This document shows, piece after piece, positions 7,603 to 15,917 of a DNA stretch of 32,000 nucleotides; within the stretch, counting starts at the first letter, position 1; the number at the start of each line of letters is the position of its first letter. Source of the stretch: an uncultured Gemmatimonadales bacterium. GTDB taxonomy: Bacteria > Gemmatimonadota > Gemmatimonadetes > Gemmatimonadales > Gemmatimonadaceae. The notes below the pieces were generated by a model. That model worked only from the letters and a program-made list of their open reading frames with translations. It ran no database searches and was not told where the DNA came from. A program made the position numbers and the translations under genes. The DNA is taken from contig OY969695.1 in assembly GCA_963701965.1 (NCBI GenBank), forward strand, positions 1,603,765 to 1,635,764. The letters are read 5' to 3'.

Positions 7603-9439
7603 TCGCGTGCCGAAACACGAAGCGTCGAGTGGCGATCTGGCTTACGGGGCAGCGGCCCACGAGTGCCGGTTGATAGAGGGCGGCGTTGAGCGAGTCGGCG
7701 GCGGCCACGGTGAGCGAGTCCATGTCCGCGGGCGAGCCGACGCGGTGGACGGTGGGAAGGACCGGGTGCCCGGTGTCATCCACGACGAACTCAATGAACG
7801 CCGTGTCGCCGGCGACCGGGGACGCCGGCGCGAGCGGCAGCGTCGGGCCGCGCGTCAGGAGCCAGGACGGCGCTTGCACGTGCGCAAAGGGGACGCTCGT
7901 CAGGGTGTCGGTCTCGGGGGTCGTCGAGACCGAGAGCATGACCGTCTGGTTCGCGAGGCTCTTCGACGCCGCCCCTCGCGCGGCCAGGGTCACGGCGCTA
8001 TCGACATCGGACGAGAGCGACGTCGTGACCACGCGGACGTCTTCCACGATGCCGCCCGCGTTGAGCGTGAGCGCATACCGGCCGAAGATGCCGGGAGAGA
8101 CGCGGACCGCGCCGCGGCCCGCCGCATCCCGCGCCGAGGCAGGCGCGGGGTACCCGAACGTGTCGAGATCCAGCGTCGAGGGGAGCGACATGTGCGACTG
8201 GATCGACAGCAGCAACGATCGGGCGGCGGCCCCCCATACCGCGGCATCCGCGCCGGGTGGTCGCAGCAGCGTGCCGGTGAAAGACTCGACGATATTCTGT
8301 GGGGGCGGCGGCGTGCACGCGCGCGTCGCGCTCGTGGCGAAGGTCGCCTGGGCCACGATGGTGTGGACCGTGGCCGCACCCGCGAGCGTGTCGTGGACCG
8401 ACGGGTCGACCGGCGCCTCGCGAATGAAATTGTAGTCGACGACGCGCCCGTCTTCGATCGACTCGCCGCCGGGTTGCTGGACGATCGAGTGGAACGCTGC
8501 CGCGACGGGGACGAGGGGGACGACCTCGCGATACGTGGTCGAGTACGTCCAGTCCCGGATCCGCGCCTCGCGGGAGCGGGTGAGGTGGAAGACCGCGCGT
8601 TCCAGGATGTACTTGTCGGGATCCAAGTAGAGCGAGCCTTCAATGTCCGGGGTCGGGATGGACACCGCCGGCCGGAAATCGACTTCGATCGGCTGGCCCG
8701 GATCGTGGTCGGCGATCGTAAAGCAGTGGGTTTGCTCGAACTCCAGATCGCCAATGTCTTGGAACTGCACCAGGTGCATGAAGCTGGTCATGCCGCCGTG
8801 CCGGCCCATCCCCTCGGACACGACCCGACCGGGCTCGTACCGCTCGTCGCTCCAACTATCGATGTTGACCGTGTCCCCGTCGACGACATGGTCGCCGGTC
8901 GCATCGCGCGCCATCCACTGGTCGATCCGGTGATACCGAAACGGGTACTCGGTCTCCAGGATGTGCAACCGTAGGACGTTCTCGCGGACCTGCGCGAAGA
9001 TCTGGGCCAGCTCCGGATCGACCGTGCTGTCCGGCACGCCCGGTTTGACGCAGTCGCGCGACCCCTTGGCGCGTACCGTGATACGCGCCAGGCGGGCGAC
9101 ATGCTTGAGGCGGACCGTCACCGTGGTGACGACGCCGGCGCGGACCTGGACCGTGGTATCCGCCGGCGAGTAGCCGATCTGGCGGGCGCGCACGTGATAC
9201 GCGCCCGGCTCCAGGCGGGTGAAGATGAAGGCGCCGGCGCTATCGGCAAAGCGCGAACCGCCGGTGGGCGTCAGGGTCACCGTGGCGTACGGCACGCCGA
9301 CTGGCTGGTCCTGAAACACCACGCGCCCCGCGAGACTGCCCGTCGCGTCGGGACTGGATGGCGGCGTGCCCTGCGCCGACACGGTTGGTGCGGCCAGGAA
9401 CAGGAGCACGAGCGGCGCGGCCGCGAGAGCACTTCGCAT
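7595..9439 (-). CDS. Secreted CarboxypepD_reg-like domain protein with a C-terminal TonB-C-like domain
   Basis: Signal peptide MRSALAAAPLVLLFLAAPTVSAQG. The CarboxypepD_reg pattern is GRVVFQDQPVGVPYATVTLT...FIFTRLEPGAYHVRARQIGY. The C-terminus AFIEFVVDDTGHPVLPTVHRV...ALYQPALVGRCPVSQIATRRFVF resembles TonB_C. The central ~350 aa are not recognisable. Confidence 0.7.
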   Translation of the reverse strand: MRSALAAAPLVLLFLAAPTVSAQGTPPSSPDATGSLAGRVVFQDQPVGVPYATVTLTPTGGSRFADSAGAFIFTRLEPGAYHVRARQIGYSPADTTVQVRAGVVTTVTVRLKHVARLARITVRAKGSRDCVKPGVPDSTVDPELAQIFAQVRENVLRLHILETEYPFRYHRIDQWMARDATGDHVVDGDTVNIDSWSDERYEPGRVVSEGMGRHGGMTSFMHLVQFQDIGDLEFEQTHCFTIADHDPGQPIEVDFRPAVSIPTPDIEGSLYLDPDKYILERAVFHLTRSREARIRDWTYSTTYREVVPLVPVAAAFHSIVQQPGGESIEDGRVVDYNFIREAPVDPSVHDTLAGAATVHTIVAQATFATSATRACTPPPPQNIVESFTGTLLRPPGADAAVWGAAARSLLLSIQSHMSLPSTLDLDTFGYPAPASARDAAGRGAVRVSPGIFGRYALTLNAGGIVEDVRVVTTSLSSDVDSAVTLAARGAASKSLANQTVMLSVSTTPETDTLTSVPFAHVQAPSWLLTRGPTLPLAPASPVAGDTAFIEFVVDDTGHPVLPTVHRVGSPADMDSLTVAAADSLNAALYQPALVGRCPVSQIATRRFVFRHASE

Positions 9440-9520
9440 GATTGAACCTTAAAATACGACTTCACGCGCCGCACGCCGATCGTTGGCGGCACACCCCAAG
9501 TCCAAGTACTACCCCGGCGC

Positions 9521-9552
9521 GCAGCCAACGGGCCGCGCGGTGCAGCCAACGG
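9521..9552 (+). promoter_or_regulatory. Two perfect 11-bp direct repeats spaced 21 bp start to start; candidate LytTR-regulator binding sites
   Basis: GCAGCCAACGG occurs at 9521-9531 and 9542-9552, which is 32-63 bp upstream of the kinase ATG (9584). The reverse complement is CCGTTGGCTGC. A near-copy in the opposite orientation, CGTTGGCGGC, lies at 9481-9490. Confidence 0.4.
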
Positions 9553-9583
9553 AGGCGGGCCCGGGGGCGGCCGAGGGTAAGTT

Positions 9584-10672
9584 ATGAGTCACCCCACTAT
9601 GCGTTCCCTACGCTCGATCGCCGGCATCACGGTGCTGTGGACAATTCCCGGCCTGACGTCGGCGCTGGAAACGAGCGCCTATGCGCGCGCCCTGGGGCGG
9701 CATGTGGCGCTCACGACGCTGCTTGCGCGCGTCACGCCGTGGTATGTCTGGGCGCTGGCCACGCCGATCGTCGTCGGGCTGGTCCGGCGCGCGGGTGTGT
9801 CCTGGCCGCCGCGGGCGCGCACGGTCGCCATCCATATCGCGCTGGGATGCCTCATCGCCAGCGTCCATACGCTCGTGTATACGGCGTTGGTTCGCGCCGT
9901 GCCCCTCAACGGCCCACCCGCGCTGTCGTTCGGCCGGAACGTGGCCACGGAGTTCCTCGGCTGGGCCCCCGTGTCGCTGCTCGCGTACGCCGCACTCCTC
10001 GGCGTCGGCGCCGTACTGGTGCTGTCGGACCAGGCCGTCGAGACGGCGCGGCGGGCCGCGGCGCTGGAGGGCGCTTTGGCCACCGCTGAGTTGGCCGCCC
10101 TCCGTTCGCAAATCCAGCCGCATTTCGTGTTCAACGTCCTGAACACCATCGGCGCTTTCGTGCGCGAGGGGGATCAGCGGCGGGCCCTGCGGACGATCGA
10201 GCTGTTCGGCGATGCATTGCGCACGGTCTTGCGGAGCGAGTCCGCGCATCTCGTGCCCTTGGCCGACGAGCTCGCGGCCCTCCGCCACTACGTGGAAATC
10301 GAGGAGACGCGATACGAAGACCGCGTCTCCGTGCGCTGGTGCGTCGACCCGGCCCTCGGCGGCCATGCCGTCCCCGCCCTCATCTATCAGCCAGTCGTCG
10401 AGAACGCGTTCCGGCACGGCGTCGGCCGCCGCGTCGGCCCCTCGATCGTCGAGATCGGCGCCCGGACGGATGCTGGCCAACTGACCCTCTGGGTCCGCGA
10501 GTCCGGCGGGGCAGCCGATGCGCCCGCGATCGCCAACGCCCTCGAGTCCAACGGCATTGGCCTGAGCAACACGGCGGCCCGTCTGCGGGCGCTCTACGGA
10601 TCGGCCGGACGCGTCGTGCTGCGCGCCGAGGACGCCGGCAGTCTGGCCGAGATCCAGATCCCGCTCGCATGA
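9584..10672 (+). CDS. LytS/YehU-type sensor histidine kinase (membrane sensor, His_kinase and HATPase_c domains)
   Basis: N-terminal TM segments are followed by LRSQIQPHFVFNVLNTI (the PF06580-type phosphoacceptor region), then PALIYQPVVENAFRHG (N-box) and GIGLSNTAARL (G-box). Confidence 0.85.
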   Translation: MSHPTMRSLRSIAGITVLWTIPGLTSALETSAYARALGRHVALTTLLARVTPWYVWALATPIVVGLVRRAGVSWPPRARTVAIHIALGCLIASVHTLVYTALVRAVPLNGPPALSFGRNVATEFLGWAPVSLLAYAALLGVGAVLVLSDQAVETARRAAALEGALATAELAALRSQIQPHFVFNVLNTIGAFVREGDQRRALRTIELFGDALRTVLRSESAHLVPLADELAALRHYVEIEETRYEDRVSVRWCVDPALGGHAVPALIYQPVVENAFRHGVGRRVGPSIVEIGARTDAGQLTLWVRESGGAADAPAIANALESNGIGLSNTAARLRALYGSAGRVVLRAEDAGSLAEIQIPLA

Positions 10673-11454
10673 GTACCGTCGTCTCGCGGGATCTGCGCGC
10701 GATCGTCGCCGACGACGAGCCGGCCGCGCGACGCGGGCTCGGCCAGGTCCTGGCTCAACTTGGCGTACAGGTCATCGCCGATACCGCCGACGGACCGTCC
10801 ACGATCGAAGCCGTCATCGCGCATCGCCCCGACGCGCTCTTCCTCGACGTGCAGATGCCGGGCCTCACGGGCATCGACGTCTGCGACGCCCTCATCGCGC
10901 GCGGGGTGCCGATGCCGCGCCTCGTGTTCGTCACCGCGTACGACACGTTCGCCATTCGCGCGTTCGAGCTCAACGCGCTCGATTATCTGCTCAAGCCCAT
11001 CGTCGAGGACCGCGTCCGGGCCGCGGTCGCGCGGTGCCGCGACGCGTCGGCCTCAGTCGAGGACCGCGATCTGCGCCTCCGCCTGGAGGCGCTCATGCGA
11101 CCGGCCGCGCCCCCGCAGCGGCTGGTGATCCCCGAGGGCTCGCGCGTGGTGGTCGTGCCGGAATCGGAGGTCGTCTGGATCGAGGCCGACGACTATTACG
11201 TCACCGTGCACACCACCGCGCGCTCCCATCTCTGGCGGGAGTCGCTCTCGGCGCTCGAAGCCCGCCTCGACCCGATCGCCTTCGTCAGAGTCCACCGCTC
11301 GGCCATCGTCCGGATCGATCAGGTGCGCGAGCTGCGTCGGGCTGCCGATGGCGGCGCCGTCCTGCGCGTCGCCACCGGCCACTCCGTGCCCATCAGCCGC
11401 TCGCGGCGCGCCGAGGTGAAGGCCCGCTTCGGGCAGCTTCCGCGAAGACCCTAG
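10669..11454 (+). CDS. LytTR-family response regulator (REC plus LytTR DNA-binding domain)
   Basis: The ATG overlaps the kinase TGA as ATGA. The REC domain has IVADDEPAARRGL...DALFLDVQMPGLTG...VFVTAYDTFAIRAFELNALDYLLKP. The LytTR domain has VVWIEADDYYVTVHT...FVRVHRSAIV. Confidence 0.9.
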   Translation: MSTVVSRDLRAIVADDEPAARRGLGQVLAQLGVQVIADTADGPSTIEAVIAHRPDALFLDVQMPGLTGIDVCDALIARGVPMPRLVFVTAYDTFAIRAFELNALDYLLKPIVEDRVRAAVARCRDASASVEDRDLRLRLEALMRPAAPPQRLVIPEGSRVVVVPESEVVWIEADDYYVTVHTTARSHLWRESLSALEARLDPIAFVRVHRSAIVRIDQVRELRRAADGGAVLRVATGHSVPISRSRRAEVKARFGQLPRRP

Positions 11455-11909
11455 CGGACAGTTTTTTCCGCGGGCTTGAACTCCGTGTGCTGCGAGTAGA
11501 TCGCATGCCACGACCCGTGCTCCAGCACGAACACATTGGCGCTCATCGACGTATCCGGCCGCTGGAACGTGGCGACGGCAATGGTCCCATGGATGACGAC
11601 ATTGGGCGTTTGGGACACTTGCGGCTCCGGATCATTACGCGCCGCATGCTGCACGGCGTGATTCAGGATCGCGGCGCGATCGATGACGCCCCGGTAGCTG
11701 ACGCTCCGATATTCGGGCAAGATCATCTGACGCAGGAACGCCGTGTCGCCGTGAAACTCGGCGTCGAGCCAGTGCTTTTCGACCTGCTGGACGGCGGCCA
11801 CGTCAGACGGTGGATGCGCCGTCGCGCGCGCGCGGCTGGCGGCGATCACCGCCATCGGGACAAAGAGCGCCGTGAGCAGGCGCGGCTGAAAGAATGGGCT
11901 GAGAGTCAT
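11451..11909 (-). CDS. Secreted NTF2-like (SnoaL/DUF4440-like) protein
   Basis: 152 aa with a hydrophobic signal-like N-terminus (LLTALFVPMAVIAASRARA). The body (VEKHWLDAEFHGDTAFLRQMILPEY...IHGTIAVATF...FVLEHGSWHAIYSQHT) fits the DUF4440 pattern. Its stop overlaps the convergent regulator stop at CTAG. Confidence 0.65.
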   Translation of the reverse strand: MTLSPFFQPRLLTALFVPMAVIAASRARATAHPPSDVAAVQQVEKHWLDAEFHGDTAFLRQMILPEYRSVSYRGVIDRAAILNHAVQHAARNDPEPQVSQTPNVVIHGTIAVATFQRPDTSMSANVFVLEHGSWHAIYSQHTEFKPAEKTVR

Positions 11910-11973
11910 GCCACGAACCCTACGTCGCGGGCCACGGCCGTCGTCTACGCTGGGCGACCGGTGCAGCGAACCG

Positions 11974-12900
11974 TCAACCCGGCGCCGACAGTGCAGCCGC
12001 GCGCGCCTCGGCTACGGTGGCCACGATCTCGGCGATCACACGGGAATCGAGCAGTATGTCGTGCGGAGCGCCCGGCAGCTCGACCAAGTGGACGGCGACC
12101 CCGCGTGCCCGGAGCCGCGCGGCGTACGCCCGGCTCAACGACGGCGGCGCGAGGTCGTCCGCGGTGCCGACGACCACATGCACGATGGTCTTCGGATCGA
12201 CCCCGTCGGCCAACGCTTGCGGTGAGAGACTCCACGCGGGGATGAACCACCACGGATTCTGCTGCAGCGCCGCCATGTGGCGTCGCCAGGGACCGAGGTC
12301 GCACGGACAGGAGACGAGCACGGCGGCATCGACGAGACCGGGATGGCGGCCGATGATGTCGCCGGTAATCGCCGAGCCGCCGGAATGCCCGACCACGATG
12401 ACATGCGCCGGCTGATAGGTCTGCTTGAGCGCAGCAATCGCGCTGCTCAAAGCATCGACGATGGACGGCGTGTAATTCTCCCCGAGCGCCGCCCCGCGGC
12501 GCCCGCTGGATCGCCGCCCTTCGCTGTCCGTGTACCCCGGCCTGAGCAGCGCGACGCTCACGACACTGTCCGCGCCCTGGCTGATGCCGCGCGCGGCCGC
12601 ATACTGGTAGCCGGGATTCACGAACGGCGCATCCCCGTGCAGCACGACGACGAGATCGGGATGCGCCCCCGGCGTCGCGCTGCGGTACGTGTGCGCCGCC
12701 AGACATTCGGCGCCCGCCTTGACCCAGAGATCCGTGACTGGCTCCTGGCATGCCGTGGGATCGCTCGCCGCCCGATAGCGCTCCTTGGCGCCGAGCCACG
12801 CGACCTGGACGAGCACGTACGCGATGAGCGCGAGGCCAGCGATGCGCAAGACGATCCTGCGCCAGGCGCGCGGGCGCACCAGTGGGAGCTGCGGGGACAT
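11974..12900 (-). CDS. Membrane-anchored alpha/beta-fold serine hydrolase
   Basis: N-terminal TM segment RIVLRIAGLALIAYVLVQVAWL. Nucleophile elbow VVGHSGGS, later GTADD and PGAPHD, consistent with a Ser-Asp-His triad. Confidence 0.8.
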   Translation of the reverse strand: MSPQLPLVRPRAWRRIVLRIAGLALIAYVLVQVAWLGAKERYRAASDPTACQEPVTDLWVKAGAECLAAHTYRSATPGAHPDLVVVLHGDAPFVNPGYQYAAARGISQGADSVVSVALLRPGYTDSEGRRSSGRRGAALGENYTPSIVDALSSAIAALKQTYQPAHVIVVGHSGGSAITGDIIGRHPGLVDAAVLVSCPCDLGPWRRHMAALQQNPWWFIPAWSLSPQALADGVDPKTIVHVVVGTADDLAPPSLSRAYAARLRARGVAVHLVELPGAPHDILLDSRVIAEIVATVAEARAAALSAPG

Positions 12901-12902
12901 GG

Positions 12903-12940
12903 GGGCAAAAATACACGAAAGCCCGGGATCGCTCCCGGGC
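12903..12940 (-). terminator. Intrinsic-terminator-like hairpin plus T-rich tract on the minus strand
   Basis: The minus strand reads GCCCGGGA-GCGA-TCCCGGGC (perfect 8-bp GC stem, 4-nt loop) followed by TTTCGTGTATTTTTG. It ends 2 nt before the hydrolase ATG at 12900. Confidence 0.5.
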
Positions 12941-13060
12941 CTTCGCTGGCTCGAACGAGTTGACCGTTACCCGGCCGCGCTTTTGCCGGTCTTGTCACTC
13001 TGATTTCTCAATGCGACAGGCGGTGCGCTCTCCGCCTTTCAACAGTCGGTTCTCGTCTCG
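12941..13060 (-). ncRNA. Candidate structured RNA of unclassified type: a leader/attenuator, an sRNA, or a long 3' UTR. The 5' end is unknown.
   Basis: The 228-bp gap has no credible ORF. On the minus strand, closing helix CGAGACGAG (13060-13052) pairs with CTCGTTCG (12959-12952) with one bulge. It encloses hairpins GGCGG/CCGCC (13019-13036) and CCGGC/GCCGG (12971-12989). The terminator hairpin follows directly downstream. Confidence 0.25.
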
Positions 13061-13128
13061 CCATCTTAGACGTTAATCAAAGGTGATGTGCTCCACAAGC
13101 TCAGCCACGGGCTAGCGGCCTGGAGCGG

Positions 13129-13542
13129 TCACACGTAGCGCGAGATGGCCATGGAGATGACCGTGACCATGAGCAGCGCCGCGGCAGCCCGTTCGGCGCT
13201 GGCGATCCGCCGCCGGATCATCGACGCGTCCGTCGGGTTGGCCGCGGACGCCGCCAATCGCCGCGTGGCCGGCAGGACGACTGCCTCCTGCAGGCCGGCG
13301 GCGATGATCGCGCAGACGGCGCCGAGCGCTAGCACGGCCTCCGTCAGGTGAAAGCTATAGCGATGCACGAGGCCCCACATCACGAGCCCCGCAATAAGCG
13401 TCAACGTTGCCGCGCCCATTTGCGGCCGGGCCAGCTGTTCGGCTCCGGCTCCGCCGTTGCGCGCCAGCACGAACGTCGACCCAGCCCAGAACACCCCGGC
13501 CACGACGTGGACCGCGATCACGACACTAAGTAGGATTTGCAT
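13129..13542 (-). CDS. Small integral membrane protein, about 4 TM segments (possibly DUF2269-like)
   Basis: MQILLSVVIAVHVVAGVFWAGSTF begins the first of four hydrophobic segments. An AAGGAG lies upstream. The alternative TTG start at 13548 has better spacing to it. This ORF is the only coherent one in the interval. Confidence 0.6.
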   Translation of the reverse strand: MQILLSVVIAVHVVAGVFWAGSTFVLARNGGAGAEQLARPQMGAATLTLIAGLVMWGLVHRYSFHLTEAVLALGAVCAIIAAGLQEAVVLPATRRLAASAANPTDASMIRRRIASAERAAAALLMVTVISMAISRYV

Positions 13543-13586
13543 TGCCAATGAGTATAGCTCCTTTGTCGACGAGGCCAGGGCGCGCA

Positions 13587-15914
13587 ATGCCGTCCGACGA
13601 GCCGCTCCAACCCGAGGTGTTGTGGGGTTGGGACCCCACGCCCGCGATCGTCTCCGTCCACGCCCGCCCCGACGGCCGCGCCCTCGTGTGGCGGCGCCTC
13701 CCGGACGGCGCGCTGGTCCAGGAGGACGCGCGCTTTCGCCCCTGGCTCCTGCTGGCCCACCTCGACGATCTGCGCGATGGCGCCGGCGGCCCGAACGTAC
13801 ACCGCCGCGAGCTCGCGGGACCGGGCGCGTTGCGGCATCTCGTCAGTGCCGACGATGGCCGCGCGCTGACGTCGGCTATTCTGCGCGGCGCATCGGAGCG
13901 GCATGGCCAGCATATCGGCCATCTCGGCGAGCTGAATCGGCTGGAGCCCGGCACTGTCCTGTCCCTGCCGCCCGACGAGCAGTATCTCGTCGCCTCGGGA
14001 CGCACGTACTTTCGCGACCTGCCGTTCGACCATCTGCACCGGCTCCAGTTCGACCTGGAGACGACGGGGCTCGATGCCCGGTGGGATCGGATCTTCATGA
14101 TCGCGATCCGCTATCACGGCGGCGACACGGAAGTGCTGGAGGCGCTGGACGACAGCGACGCCGCGGAGGCGGCGCTCATCCGCCGACTCATGGAACGCGT
14201 GCGGGCCGCGGATCCGGACTCCATCGAGAACCACAATCTGCACGGGTTCGATCTGCCATTTCTCGAGCGCCGCGCTCGCACGCTTGGCGTGCCGCTGGCC
14301 CTCGGCCGCATCGAGGGCCCCGGCCTTCGCACCCGCGCCTCGAGCACCCGCGGACACGATGACCGCCGCGTGCGATTCGTCGCGCCCGGCCGGGAGTTGA
14401 TCGATACGTTGGACGCTGTCTGGCGCCACGACTTCGCCACGCGCGAGCTCCCGGGGCACGGTCTCAAGGCGGTGGCCCGCCATCTGGGGATCGCCCGCGC
14501 CGGCCGCGAGTACGTCCCCGGGGCCGAGGTCTACGCGACGTACCGCGCCGACCCGGAGCGCGTACGGCGCTACGCGACGGATGACGTCGAGGAGGTCGCG
14601 GCGCTCTCGCGGATGCTCGGCGGCGCGGCCTATGCGCTTGCCCAGATGGTCCCGCGCCGCTACGAGCAGCTGGCCGATGCGGGGCCGGCGACCGGCGTCA
14701 TCGACCCGCTGCTGCTGCGCGCGTACGTGCGCGCGGGGATGGCGCTGCCCGCGCACGAGGCCGGGGATGGGACGCCGCACAGCGGGGCGGCGCTGCATCT
14801 CTTCGCATCAGGCGTCACCCACCGCGTGGTCAAGGCGGACGTGGCGAGCCTGTACCCGTCGTTGATGCGCACGTACCGGATCGGCTCGTCGCGCGATCGG
14901 CTCGGCGCGCTCCTCGCTCTCGTCGACGGCCTGGTCGAGCGTCGCCTGGCGGCCAAGACGCTGGCCCGCACCGCCCCGCCAGGCTCGGCGGAACGGCACA
15001 CGCACGAGGCCATGTCGGCGGCGCTCAAGATCGTCGTCAACTCGGCATATGGCTATCTCGCCGCGGGCGGCCTCACGCGCTTTTCCGACGTCCATGCCGC
15101 AAACGAGATCACGCGGCGGGGACGCGAGGTCCTGACCCTCCTCTGCCGGGAGCTCGCTGCGCGGGGTGCGACGCTGATCGAGGCAGACACCAATGGCGTG
15201 TACTTCGCGGCGCCGGATGCGTGGGACGCGGACGACGAACGGCGGGTCGTCACCGAGGTGGCGGCCCTCTTGCCGCCGTTGGTACAGCTGGAGCTCGAGG
15301 GCCGCTACGCCGCGATGTTGTCGCACGAGCCCAAGAACTACGCGTTGCTGGGATACGATGGCGCGTTGCGCCTCAAGGGCGTGGCGTTCCGCTCCAGCCG
15401 CTCGGAGCCATTCGGCGACGCGTTCCTCCGCCAGGCCCTCGCCCGCCTGCTCACGGGCGACATCGTCGGCGTCCGCGATGTGTATCTCGACATGACGCGG
15501 GCGATCCGGGCGCGCGAGATCTCGACGCACGACGTCTCGTCGCGGGTGCGACTCACGAAGACACCGGACGAATACCAGGCGGCGCGCGAGCGCCGGCGCG
15601 AGCTCCCCTACGAGGCCGCGCTGGCCGGGGGCAGGGCCACCTGGCGGACCGGGGAACGCGTGCGGGTCTATCGCAAACAGGGCGGCGACGGAGCCCTCGT
15701 CGGGGCGGACGTGCGCGACTACGACACGGACTACTACATCGCGCTCCTGCGCACGTCCTACGCCGAACGGCTGGCCCGGGCGTTCACGCCGGACGACTTC
15801 GCGGCCCTGTTTGGCGATGCGGACCAACTGTCACTGTTCACGCCGTCCATCGGCGCCATCCAGCCGATCCTGACGATGATTCCGGGTACCGTCAACAATA
15901 TTGTTGACGATTAA
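13587..15914 (+). CDS. polB: Family-B DNA polymerase (Pol II-like) with a 3'-5' exonuclease domain; motif C is atypical (DTN)
   Basis: Exo I FDLETTG, Exo II NHNLHGFDLPF, Exo III YATDDVEEV. Motif A DVASLYPSLM, motif B KIVVNSAYGY, motif C LIEADTNGVYF, then PKNYALL, and the clamp-binding-like QLSLF near the C-terminus. The start is uncertain, with ATG at 13548 or 13587. Confidence 0.85.
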   Translation: MPSDEPLQPEVLWGWDPTPAIVSVHARPDGRALVWRRLPDGALVQEDARFRPWLLLAHLDDLRDGAGGPNVHRRELAGPGALRHLVSADDGRALTSAILRGASERHGQHIGHLGELNRLEPGTVLSLPPDEQYLVASGRTYFRDLPFDHLHRLQFDLETTGLDARWDRIFMIAIRYHGGDTEVLEALDDSDAAEAALIRRLMERVRAADPDSIENHNLHGFDLPFLERRARTLGVPLALGRIEGPGLRTRASSTRGHDDRRVRFVAPGRELIDTLDAVWRHDFATRELPGHGLKAVARHLGIARAGREYVPGAEVYATYRADPERVRRYATDDVEEVAALSRMLGGAAYALAQMVPRRYEQLADAGPATGVIDPLLLRAYVRAGMALPAHEAGDGTPHSGAALHLFASGVTHRVVKADVASLYPSLMRTYRIGSSRDRLGALLALVDGLVERRLAAKTLARTAPPGSAERHTHEAMSAALKIVVNSAYGYLAAGGLTRFSDVHAANEITRRGREVLTLLCRELAARGATLIEADTNGVYFAAPDAWDADDERRVVTEVAALLPPLVQLELEGRYAAMLSHEPKNYALLGYDGALRLKGVAFRSSRSEPFGDAFLRQALARLLTGDIVGVRDVYLDMTRAIRAREISTHDVSSRVRLTKTPDEYQAARERRRELPYEAALAGGRATWRTGERVRVYRKQGGDGALVGADVRDYDTDYYIALLRTSYAERLARAFTPDDFAALFGDADQLSLFTPSIGAIQPILTMIPGTVNNIVDD
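15891..15908. promoter_or_regulatory. Perfect 18-bp palindrome; candidate ArsR/SmtB-type operator
   Basis: GTCAACAATATTGTTGAC equals its own reverse complement. It occupies six of the last seven sense codons of polB (VNNIVD) and lies 10 bp upstream of the arsR-like ORF. Confidence 0.55.
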
Positions 15915-15917
15915 CGG

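Noticed and set aside
7556-8974. 472-aa plus-strand ORF, together with smaller ORFs from 7686 to 9445
   Set aside because: They are antisense or off-frame to the CarboxypepD_reg/TonB-C gene. They are R/G/D-rich with no motifs.
12882-13076. 64-aa plus-strand ORF, together with ORFs 12785..13003 (+) and 12618..12998 (-), in the structured intergenic gap
   Set aside because: The compositions are not protein-like and there are no motifs. The region is better explained as RNA structure plus a terminator.
12903-13100. Attempt to assign the structured gap to a known RNA class (SRP/4.5S, 6S, tRNA, and cobalamin, TPP, FMN, glycine, ykkC, ZTP, SAM/SAH or c-di-GMP riboswitches)
   Set aside because: None of the conserved core sequences I remember for these classes is present, apart from short chance resemblances such as GCCCGGGAG and ACCGAC-GT. 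It is left unclassified pending a covariance-model search.
13518-15827. 426-aa and 339-aa minus-strand ORFs opposite polB
   Set aside because: The polB frame contains every B-family motif in the correct order. The antisense ORFs are Arg/Ala/Gly-rich shadows.
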